Part shown: piece after piece, positions 19,126-26,067 of the stretch | Layout: each line of letters starts with the position of its first letter | How positions within the stretch are numbered: the first letter of the stretch is position 1 | Source of the DNA: Patescibacteria group bacterium | GTDB taxonomy: Bacteria; Patescibacteriota; Patescibacteriia; Patescibacteriales; UBA12465 | DNA: 64,000 bases | Reading direction: 5' to 3' | Assembly (NCBI GenBank): GCA_050949525.1 | Contig: JBMNFW010000001.1 | Coordinates: 207,890 to 271,889, forward strand | The notes under the pieces: generated by a model | The model's database searches: none | The model's input: the letters and a program-made list of their open reading frames with translations, nothing else | Told to the model about the DNA's origin: nothing | Program-made: the position numbers and the translations under genes

Positions 19126-20574
19126 ATGAAAGTATTTTTATCTTATCTTAAAAAATTTATTCCTAAAAAAATCTTTAATAGTCTTCAAAGACCTTATCAT
19201 TATTTTTTAAGTTTTTTAGCTAATTTAATTTATGCTCGACCCAGTTCTAAGATTGTAGTTATTGGTGTAACTGGTACGACAGGTAAGACCAGTTCTGTTT
19301 ATTTAATGGCTAAAGCCTTAAATGAGGCTGGTTATAAAACTGGGTATACATCTACAGCGATGTTTGGTGATGGAAAGACTGAGTGGTTGAATGATAAAAA
19401 GATGACCATGATTGGTCCTTTCTTTACTCAAAGAATTATTAAACAGATGTTAAAAAATAATTGTCGCTATGCTATTATTGAAACGACTTCAGAGGGTATC
19501 CGACAATTTCGTCATCGCTTTATTAACTATGACATTTTGGTTTTTACTGGTCTTTATCCAGAGCATATTGAATCACATGGAGGTTTTGAGAATTATAAAA
19601 AAGCGAAAGGGGAATTATTTAGACATCTTCAATCTTGTAGTCCTAAATTTTTAGATTCTGATAATAAGGTTATTAAAGTTAAAAGTAATTTAGCTAAGAT
19701 TAGTTTAAATCGTTTGAAAAAATCCATTATTATTAATGGTGATGATGAGCACGCTCCTTATTTTTCATCTTTTTGGGCGGAAGAGTCCTGGCAATATATT
19801 AGGGGAGATTTAGATAGTTCTGAAGATTCAAAAGTTTCTTTTAAAAATATTGATAGTAGCTTAGGTGGAGTTTCTTTTTCTTTTTTCTATCCTAATAAAT
19901 TAAGTAATCAAATTATTGAGAAGCCAGTATCTTTAAAGTTATGGGGTGATTTTAATGTTTCTAATACTATTCCTCTTCTTTCTTTACCTTTGTTAATTAC
20001 TAATTTAGATTTAGATAAAATTATTAAGGCGTTAGAAAGTATTAAAAGTATTCCCGGTCGAATGGAGTTGATTGATATTGGACAGAAGTTTTTATCTATA
20101 GTTGATTATGCTTATGAACCTCGAGCTATGGATAAATTATATGAATTAATATCTTTTTTAAGAGAAGAATTAATTCAAAATGGTTATCAAGGTAAAATTA
20201 TTCATATTTTGGGTTCAGCTGGTGGTGGTCGTGATAAATCTCGTCGAGAGGTTATGGGTCGTTTAGCTGGGAAAAAAGCCGATATCGTTATTATCACTAA
20301 TGAGGATCCCTATGATGAAAATCCTCTAGAGATAATTAATCAAGTAGCTTCAGGTTCTCGAGAAGTTGGAAAAAAAGAGGGTTTTAATCTTTTTCGAATA
20401 TTAGATAGGCGAGGAGCTATTAAAAAGGCTTTAAGTTTGGTTAAGGAGGGCGATATTTTAATTATTACTGGTAAGGGTTGTGAACAAGCTATTTGTGTGG
20501 CTAATGGCAAGAAGATTCCTTGGGATGATCGCTTGGTGTTGAAAGAGGAAATACTTAGTATATTAAAGAAATGA
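19126..20574 (+). CDS. murE: Mur ligase family protein, most likely UDP-MurNAc-L-Ala-D-Glu:diamino-acid ligase MurE
   Basis: P-loop GVTGTTGKTS, central and C-terminal Mur ligase domains (ITNEDPY, GKG.E, WDDR). Confidence 0.7.
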   Translation: MKVFLSYLKKFIPKKIFNSLQRPYHYFLSFLANLIYARPSSKIVVIGVTGTTGKTSSVYLMAKALNEAGYKTGYTSTAMFGDGKTEWLNDKKMTMIGPFFTQRIIKQMLKNNCRYAIIETTSEGIRQFRHRFINYDILVFTGLYPEHIESHGGFENYKKAKGELFRHLQSCSPKFLDSDNKVIKVKSNLAKISLNRLKKSIIINGDDEHAPYFSSFWAEESWQYIRGDLDSSEDSKVSFKNIDSSLGGVSFSFFYPNKLSNQIIEKPVSLKLWGDFNVSNTIPLLSLPLLITNLDLDKIIKALESIKSIPGRMELIDIGQKFLSIVDYAYEPRAMDKLYELISFLREELIQNGYQGKIIHILGSAGGGRDKSRREVMGRLAGKKADIVIITNEDPYDENPLEIINQVASGSREVGKKEGFNLFRILDRRGAIKKALSLVKEGDILIITGKGCEQAICVANGKKIPWDDRLVLKEEILSILKK

Positions 20575-20581
20575 TTTTTTC

Positions 20582-20609
20582 TTGACAATTATAGGTTATT
20601 TGCTAAGAT
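20582..20609 (+). promoter_or_regulatory. Candidate sigma70 promoter for rplU (TTGACA-16 nt-TGcTAAGAT)
   Basis: Consensus -35 TTGACA at 20582-20587. TG-extended -10 TAAGAT at 20604-20609. 32 nt upstream of the rplU ATG. Confidence 0.5.
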
Positions 20610-20641
20610 GTATTTATTAAATTAAAGATAATATAAAAAAT

Positions 20642-20956
20642 ATGGGGAAAATTGCGGTAATTAGAACTGGTGGAAAGCAGTATAAAGTTAAAGAAGGTGA
20701 TACTTTAAAAGTAGAGAAGCTTTCTGTTGAACCAGGAAAAAAGATAAAATTAGAGACCTTAATGACTGCTAATTCTGATGGATCAGCTTTAGATTTAGGT
20801 CGCCCTTCTTTAGGAGAAAAAGTGGAAGCTGAGCTTCTTTCTCATGGTAAAGATAAGAAGGTTTTAGTAGTTAAATATAAAAGTAAAACTCGTTATAAAA
20901 GAAGTATTGGACATCAACAAGAGTTTAGTCAGATTAAAATTAGTAAAATATCTTAA
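20642..20956 (+). CDS. rplU: 50S ribosomal protein L21
   Basis: AVIRTGGKQYKV.EGD N-terminus and KYKSKTRYKR.IGHQQ core typical of L21. Confidence 0.9.
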   Translation: MGKIAVIRTGGKQYKVKEGDTLKVEKLSVEPGKKIKLETLMTANSDGSALDLGRPSLGEKVEAELLSHGKDKKVLVVKYKSKTRYKRSIGHQQEFSQIKISKIS

Positions 20957-20967
20957 ATTTAGATAAC

Positions 20968-21001
20968 AAAAAAGAAGTCTTAAAAACAAGACTTCTTTTT
21001 T
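20968..21001. terminator. Bidirectional rho-independent terminator between rplU (+) and recR (-)
   Basis: AAAAAAGAAGTCTT-aaaaac-AAGACTTCTTTTTT hairpin flanked by an A-run and a T-run. Confidence 0.8.
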
Positions 21002-21010
21002 TTATTTTAT

Positions 21011-21622
21011 TTATTCTAAATATCCTCGAAATTTAAAAGCGTTAGATAGAGTGTTTTGATCGGCGTATTCTAGGCTTAGTCCTGTAGATAATCCCTGAGC
21101 CAATTTACTTATCTTTATTTTCTTATTTTTTAAAATATTTTGTAAATAAAGGGAAGTTGTTTCTCCTTCTAGAGTAGGACTAAGAGCTAATATTATCTCT
21201 ATTTGACTATATTTTTTTAAACGTTCATTAATTTCTTTAGCTAATTCTTTGAGTTTTAGTTTTTCTGGACCCAAACCTTCAATAGAGCTTAATAGTCCCC
21301 CTAATATGAAATATTTTCCAGAATATAGTTTAGTATTTTCGATAGCTAAAAGATCTTGAAAATTAGCTATTAAACATAGTTGATCATTTTTTCTTTGAGG
21401 ATTAGAGCAAATCTCACAAGGATTAGTTTCGCTGGGAGAAAAACAATGTTGACAAAAAACCAGATCGTGATTTAAATCTAAAAGATGTTTAGAAAAAATT
21501 TTAAGATAGCTAGGTTTTTGTTTTAGTAAATAAAAAACATAGCGTTCAGCTGTTTTTCGTCCTACGCTTGGTAGAGAAGAAAATTGTTTAATTAAATTTT
21601 CGATTGATTGAGGATAATTCAC
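21011..21622 (-). CDS. recR: Recombination protein RecR
   Basis: HhH N-terminus (LPSVGRKTAERYVFYL), C4 zinc finger CQHC..x..CEIC, Toprim domain. Confidence 0.9.
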   Translation of the reverse strand: MNYPQSIENLIKQFSSLPSVGRKTAERYVFYLLKQKPSYLKIFSKHLLDLNHDLVFCQHCFSPSETNPCEICSNPQRKNDQLCLIANFQDLLAIENTKLYSGKYFILGGLLSSIEGLGPEKLKLKELAKEINERLKKYSQIEIILALSPTLEGETTSLYLQNILKNKKIKISKLAQGLSTGLSLEYADQNTLSNAFKFRGYLE

Positions 21623-21626
21623 AGGT

Positions 21627-21902
21627 TTAATTTAGACCAGGAATACCACCCATGGCTTGCATTTTTTTAGCCATAACTCGTTGGGTCTTTTTAATTCCTT
21701 CATTGAATAAATCTTTGCAATATTTAGCTATATCATTAGGTTTAAGATCGGAATTAATACTTAATTCTAATATTTCCATATTACCATTCATAACCATTTT
21801 AATACCATTTTTATCGAGCTCTATTTTTTCTTCCGCTAGAGCACTTTGCATGGTCTTAGCTTGATTACGTAAGTCTTTAAATTGTTTTAATTTACTGAAC
21901 AT
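21627..21902 (-). CDS. ybaB: YbaB/EbfC nucleoid-associated protein
   Basis: 91 aa, MQ.A...E...GG.V.V..NG......I pattern. The classic ybaB-recR pair. Confidence 0.8.
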   Translation of the reverse strand: MFSKLKQFKDLRNQAKTMQSALAEEKIELDKNGIKMVMNGNMEILELSINSDLKPNDIAKYCKDLFNEGIKKTQRVMAKKMQAMGGIPGLN

Positions 21903-21912
21903 AAAATTATTA

Positions 21913-23295
21913 TTAATTATTATTTTTAGCTAAATTTTTAAAACTGGCTGTTTCTTCAGAAAAATAAAGATCAATCTTTCCGGTGGGACCGTTACGATGT
22001 TTAGCGATATGTATTTCGGCTTTATATCTTTCATCCATTGATAAATCTTGAACATTAAAGGATCGATCAGTAGCTTTACGGTAAATGAACATTACTACGT
22101 CAGCATCTTGTTCAATTGATCCAGAATCTCTTAAATGAGATAGCTTAGGAATAGAGGCCCCAGATTGTTGTTCAGTGGCTCGAGATAATTGGGCTAAAGC
22201 TAAAACTGGGATATCTAATTCTCGGGCAATACCTTTTAAGCCTCGACTAATTTCTGATATTTCTTGAACTCGATTATCACTATATTTACCGCGTCCTTCC
22301 ATTAATTGTAAATAATCAATAACTATGAGACCTAACCCTTTTTCAGCTTGTAGACGACGGCACTTAGCTCTAATTTCCATCACTGAAACATTAGGGGAAT
22401 CATCAATATATATTGGAGCTTCTGATAGTAATCCCATAGCTTCATTTATTTTAACAAAATCATTATCCTCTTCTTTGTCTGATAGATTACCAGTTCTCAT
22501 TTTCCATAAATTCACATTAGCTTGAGCGCAAATCATTCGATCAACTAATTGTTCTTTACCCATTTCTAGAGAAAAAATACCTACACCTACTTTGTTTTTA
22601 ATAGCAGCTTGTCTAGCTATATCTAAAGCTAGGGATGTTTTTCCGACACTGGGACGAGCAGCGATGATTATTAAATCTGATTTTTGTAGACCAGCTAAAA
22701 GATCATCTAAATCGTAGAATCCAGTAGATAAGCCACGTAGATTGCCACTTTTTTTATGAAGTTCATCAATTCTTTCAAAGGCTTCTGATAATAGGCTGTC
22801 GATTCCAATGAAGGAGTTTTTTAAGAATTTTCTAGAGACACTAAAAATTTCTTTTTCAGCTTGATCTAATATTTCATCAATCTCTCTTTCTTCTTCAAAA
22901 CCTAAACTCATAATTTGGCTAGCGGCTAATTGTAATCTTCTTAAGGTAGCTTTTTTTTGTATTAAATTAGCATAAAAGACAGCATTAGCTGTAGTAGCGA
23001 CAGTATTAGATAGTTGGGCTAAATAACTTCGTCCACCAATTTCTTTTATTTGATTTTTTTCTTCTAATTTATTAGATAAAGTAATAATATCAATAGGTTC
23101 TCGACTATTAAAAAGCTCAATCATGGCTTGAAAGATTTTTTGATGATTGCTTTGATAGAAATCTTCAGCGGCAATAACATCGCTCACTTTATAGATGGTT
23201 TCTTTATCTAATAATAGGCATCCGAGTAATGATTGCTCAGCTTCAATATTTTGAGGTGGCATTTTCCCCTCTATATTTTTTTCTTTTTTTGACAT
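21913..23295 (-). CDS. dnaB: Replicative DNA helicase DnaB
   Basis: PPQNIEAEQSLLG N-terminus, Walker A ARPSVGKTS, IVIDYLQLM, RecA-like C-terminal domain. Confidence 0.95.
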   Translation of the reverse strand: MSKKEKNIEGKMPPQNIEAEQSLLGCLLLDKETIYKVSDVIAAEDFYQSNHQKIFQAMIELFNSREPIDIITLSNKLEEKNQIKEIGGRSYLAQLSNTVATTANAVFYANLIQKKATLRRLQLAASQIMSLGFEEEREIDEILDQAEKEIFSVSRKFLKNSFIGIDSLLSEAFERIDELHKKSGNLRGLSTGFYDLDDLLAGLQKSDLIIIAARPSVGKTSLALDIARQAAIKNKVGVGIFSLEMGKEQLVDRMICAQANVNLWKMRTGNLSDKEEDNDFVKINEAMGLLSEAPIYIDDSPNVSVMEIRAKCRRLQAEKGLGLIVIDYLQLMEGRGKYSDNRVQEISEISRGLKGIARELDIPVLALAQLSRATEQQSGASIPKLSHLRDSGSIEQDADVVMFIYRKATDRSFNVQDLSMDERYKAEIHIAKHRNGPTGKIDLYFSEETASFKNLAKNNN

Positions 23296-23301
23296 GATTA
23301 T

Positions 23302-23330
23302 ATCATATCTTAATCAGCGTTATTTTTCAA
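23302..23330 (-). promoter_or_regulatory. Candidate promoter for dnaB (TTGAAA-17 nt-TATGAT on minus strand)
   Basis: Minus-strand TTGAAA (23330-23325), 17-nt spacer, TATGAT (23307-23302). The -10 ends 6 nt before the dnaB ATG. Confidence 0.4.
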
Positions 23331-23488
23331 GATTGATAATTCACTTTTTTTCCCCGAATTATTAAGGGTATTAGTATTTGGATATTTAAAAATCTTATCG
23401 AGATTAATTAATAGTGGTTAAGGTGAGATTTTAAATATCTCAATTAATAGGAATAAAGTAAGATTATTTATGACTCAATGCGATATCC

Positions 23489-23517
23489 TTGCCAAATATA
23501 TTTTTTTTGTTTATAAT
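23489..23517 (+). promoter_or_regulatory. Candidate promoter for the tRNA-Lys/tRNA-Thr pair (TTGCCA-17 nt-TATAAT)
   Basis: TTGCCA at 23489-23494, 17-nt spacer, consensus TATAAT at 23512-23517. About 48 nt upstream of tRNA-Lys. Confidence 0.5.
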
Positions 23518-23564
23518 AAAATTAATCATAAGCATTTCAGTATTATGATTATTTTTTTTCATTT

Positions 23565-23637
23565 GCGCTCATAGCTCAGTCGGTAGAGCAGCTGCCTTTT
23601 AAGCAGAAGGTCGCAGGTTCGAATCCTGCTGGGCGCA
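23565..23637 (+). tRNA. tRNA-Lys (anticodon UUU)
   Basis: Hand-folded cloverleaf: acceptor GCGCTCA/TGGGCGC, D arm GCTC-AGTCGGTA-GAGC, anticodon loop CTTTTAA, T arm GCAGG-TTCGAAT-CCTGC. No encoded CCA. Confidence 0.9.
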
Positions 23638-23643
23638 CTTTTA

Positions 23644-23720
23644 GCCGCCTTAGCTCAGCTGGCTAGAGCGACTGTCTTGTAAACAGTAGGTCGTCGGTTC
23701 GAACCCGACAGGCGGCTCCA
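23644..23720 (+). tRNA. tRNA-Thr (anticodon UGU), 3' CCA encoded
   Basis: Acceptor GCCGCCT/AGGCGGC, anticodon stem ACTGT/ACAGT with loop CTTGTAA, T arm GTCGG-TTCGAAC-CCGAC, discriminator T followed by CCA. Confidence 0.9.
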
Positions 23721-23723
23721 GGA

Positions 23724-23751
23724 AAAACGTTTTTAGATAAACGTTTTTTTT
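23724..23751 (+). terminator. Rho-independent terminator after the tRNA pair
   Basis: AAAAACGTTT (23724-23733) pairs with AAACGTTTTT (23739-23748), 5-nt loop, trailing T-run. Confidence 0.55.
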
Positions 23752-23759
23752 GATATAAT
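23751..23759 (+). promoter_or_regulatory. Extended -10 element TGaTATAAT upstream of mtaB
   Basis: TGATATAAT at 23751-23759. Only 6 nt separate it from the mtaB ATG at 23766. Confidence 0.45.
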
Positions 23760-23765
23760 TAAAGA

Positions 23766-25004
23766 ATGAAAAAGGTGAAATTTAAAATATATACCACTGG
23801 TTGTAAAGTTAATCAATATGACTCAGCTTTTCTGGCTCGACTCTTAAAAGAGGAAGGATTAATTGAAGCTGAGAGTGATTTAGATTTAATTATAATTAAT
23901 TCTTGTTCCGTAACTCAAAAAGCTATCTTAAAGAATCAGAGGCTAATCAGGACTCTGAGACGAGATCATCCTAAGGTTAAGATAGTTTTAATTGGTTGTT
24001 GGCCTAAAGTATATTCAGTTCAGGATTCTAATGTAGATTTAGTTTTGTCTTCTAAAGAGGTTTCTGATATTGTTTTAGATATAAAAAAGGCTTGGCCGGA
24101 GATTTTTTTAGGATTGAGAAAAGCTATTGTTGATCCACTTAATTTAATCGAAGATCGTAGTCGGTATTTTATTAAAATTCAGGATGGTTGTCAGCAGTTT
24201 TGTTCTTATTGTATTATTCCTTTAGCTCGAGGTCCTTTAAGTAGCCGATCATTAAATGAAATTACTTGTGAGATTAGGGCAGCTTTAGATTATGGCTTCT
24301 CTGAAATTGTTTTATCCGGAATTCATTTAGGGCTTTATAGGGATAGAGAGGGGAATGATTTATATCAAGCTTTAAAAACAATATTAAATCTAAAATCTTT
24401 AGGGAGACTTCGTTTAAGTTCAATTGAAGCTACTGAGATAAGTTCCGATATTATTAAATTATTTGATAATGATAAATTTTGTCGTCATTTACATATTCCT
24501 TTACAATCTGGGAGTGATAAAATACTATCATTAATGAATAGGCCATATCAAAAAGAATATTTTTTAAATAAAGTACAAGAACTTCGACAAAAAAGTCCCG
24601 ATATTGCTATTAGCACTGATTTAATAGTTGGTTTTCCTGGAGAAAGTGAAGATGATTTTTTAGAAACAGTAGATTTTTGTCGACAAATTAATTTTTCTAA
24701 AATTCATGTTTTTTCTTTTTCGGATCATGAGAAAGCTGCTGCTTTTAATTTTCCTGATAAAGTGGAGCCTCAAGAAATAAAAAGAAGATCGGAAATAGTT
24801 CGAGCTTTATCTAAGGATTTAGAGAGAAATTATCGAGATCAAATATTAAAAAAAAGTAAAACTCTTAATCTTTTAGTAGAAAATATTAATGATAAAATTG
24901 TTAAATTAAAAACTGAGTTTTATTTTGATCTTTATCTTGATTTCTCGAAATTAAAGCCTTATGGTGATTTAAAGCCCGGTCAAATTATTAAGTACAAATT
25001 ATAA
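23766..25004 (+). CDS. mtaB: Radical-SAM tRNA methylthiotransferase (MtaB/MiaB family)
   Basis: N-terminal UPF0004 domain with conserved Cys (TGCKVNQYD, NSCSVT), radical SAM CQQFCSYC, SGSD..L..M.R motif. Confidence 0.75.
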   Translation: MKKVKFKIYTTGCKVNQYDSAFLARLLKEEGLIEAESDLDLIIINSCSVTQKAILKNQRLIRTLRRDHPKVKIVLIGCWPKVYSVQDSNVDLVLSSKEVSDIVLDIKKAWPEIFLGLRKAIVDPLNLIEDRSRYFIKIQDGCQQFCSYCIIPLARGPLSSRSLNEITCEIRAALDYGFSEIVLSGIHLGLYRDREGNDLYQALKTILNLKSLGRLRLSSIEATEISSDIIKLFDNDKFCRHLHIPLQSGSDKILSLMNRPYQKEYFLNKVQELRQKSPDIAISTDLIVGFPGESEDDFLETVDFCRQINFSKIHVFSFSDHEKAAAFNFPDKVEPQEIKRRSEIVRALSKDLERNYRDQILKKSKTLNLLVENINDKIVKLKTEFYFDLYLDFSKLKPYGDLKPGQIIKYKL

Positions 25005-25011
25005 TTTATTT

Positions 25012-25038
25012 AAGCTATCTTTAGGATAGCTTTTTTTC
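25012..25038 (+). terminator. Rho-independent terminator after mtaB
   Basis: AAGCTATC-tttag-GATAGCTT followed by TTTTTT. Confidence 0.7.
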
Positions 25039-25092
25039 AAGTTTATTTTTAACTTGTTAATATTTTAATATCATATTATTAAATATTTTAAA

Positions 25093-25857
25093 ATGAATTT
25101 AGTAGTTTTAATTTTAGTAATTTTGAGTTTTATTTTAAGTTTGGTGGTTATAATTTTGTTGCGATTTAGAATTAGGGCTAAAAGATGTCTTTTTAATTTG
25201 TCCAAACTAGCTGAAGCTGGGAAGCTTTCTTTAGAGGTTTATCATGATTTAGCTAATATTGTTAGTTTGGTTAATTTAACGCTTGATCAAATCGAGAATC
25301 CTCAGGAATTATCCGATAGTCTAAGTGAAATAAGTCATCGAGCTAATTTGTTACTTCAATCCTTTAAAAATCAATGTCGTGATGGTGGTGAAAAGCAGAA
25401 GTTTAATGTTCTCTCAGAAATTAAAAGTAGTTTATTAATCTTGAATTGTGTTTTAATTAAAAACAAAGTAAAATTAGAACTTTTAGTGGATGAGAATATT
25501 GAAATAGTTGCTAATCCTATTAGATTTGGTCAATTAATGATTAACTTGCTCAATAATGCTATTGAGGCTTTTCCGGATCATCAGAAGAATAAATTAATTT
25601 CTATTTCTAGTCAGGTACGAGATAATAGTGTTAGTCTGATTATAAAGGATAGTGGTGGCGGGATACCAGCTTGTGTTTTAAAGAATATTTTTAAACCATT
25701 TTTCTCATCCAAAACTCGATCTAAGGAAAATTGTGGGCTAGGTCTTAGTATTGCTAAGAAGATAGTTGAAGATGAGTTTTTGGGTAAAATTAAAATTAAG
25801 ACTTGTTTGGGTCAAGGGACTACGTTTATAATTGAAATTCCGTTTTCTAAAATTTGA
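25093..25857 (+). CDS. Minimal membrane-anchored sensor histidine kinase (no cognate regulator adjacent)
   Basis: One N-terminal TM helix, candidate H-box EVYHDLANI, N box LMINLLNNAIEAF, G1 DSGGGIP, G2 GLGLSI. Confidence 0.75.
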   Translation: MNLVVLILVILSFILSLVVIILLRFRIRAKRCLFNLSKLAEAGKLSLEVYHDLANIVSLVNLTLDQIENPQELSDSLSEISHRANLLLQSFKNQCRDGGEKQKFNVLSEIKSSLLILNCVLIKNKVKLELLVDENIEIVANPIRFGQLMINLLNNAIEAFPDHQKNKLISISSQVRDNSVSLIIKDSGGGIPACVLKNIFKPFFSSKTRSKENCGLGLSIAKKIVEDEFLGKIKIKTCLGQGTTFIIEIPFSKI

Positions 25858-25900
25858 ATAATTTTGATAAATATAAGATATTTTTCTTTAGATTTACAGT

Positions 25901-25923
25901 AATTACAATTTTAAATTGTAATT
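25901..25923. promoter_or_regulatory. Perfect 23-bp palindrome AATTACAATTT-T-AAATTGTAATT
   Basis: Checked base by base: 11-bp arms around a central T. Lies 44 nt after the kinase stop codon. Confidence 0.5.
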
Positions 25924-25956
25924 TATAGACCATTGTTTTATAAATTTATTATAATA

Positions 25957-26013
25957 TATGGAGTTAGACTCCATAAATTTAGCTTAATTTATGGAGTTGG
26001 ACTCCATAAATTT
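25957..26013. promoter_or_regulatory. Two tandem about 23-bp palindromic operator-like sites (TTATGGAGT-n3-ACTCCATAA)
   Basis: TATGGAGTTAGACTCCATAAATTT (25957-25980) and TATGGAGTTGGACTCCATAAATTT (25990-26013). Centres are 33 bp apart, and the second abuts the -35 hexamer. Confidence 0.6.
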
Positions 26014-26040
26014 GACAAAAATCATTAAAAACTGTATTAT
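26012..26040 (+). promoter_or_regulatory. Near-consensus sigma70 promoter (TTGACA-17 nt-TATTAT) for the AAA+/DUF4143 gene
   Basis: TTGACA 26012-26017, 17-nt spacer, TATTAT 26035-26040. A second TATAAT at 26049-26054. ATG at 26068. Confidence 0.55.
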
Positions 26041-26067
26041 ATATGGTGTATAATTAATTCATAAATT

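Noticed and set aside
19469-20588. Two short ORFs (19469-19654 +, 20340-20588 -) inside or antisense to murE.
   Set aside because: Both are fully embedded in the Mur ligase gene, in an alternate frame or on the opposite strand, with no motifs. They are shadow ORFs.
21652-22525. ORFs 21652-21864 (+) and 22325-22525 (+), antisense to ybaB and dnaB.
   Set aside because: They are embedded antisense in strongly supported conserved genes, and their translations are low complexity.
23296-23564. Replication origin next to dnaB.
   Set aside because: No TTATCCACA-type DnaA boxes were found by eye on either strand, and there is no dnaA or dnaN nearby. Promoters and a regulator site explain the region better.
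25957-26013. CRISPR-like or REP-like repeat. The same sequence contains mini-ORFs starting at the ATGGAG inside each palindrome (9 and 20 codons).
   Set aside because: There are only two copies, each internally palindromic and spaced 33 bp centre to centre, directly abutting a -35 box. This is operator geometry, not a repeat-spacer array. The mini-ORFs lack a ribosome-binding site and are a by-product of the palindrome sequence.
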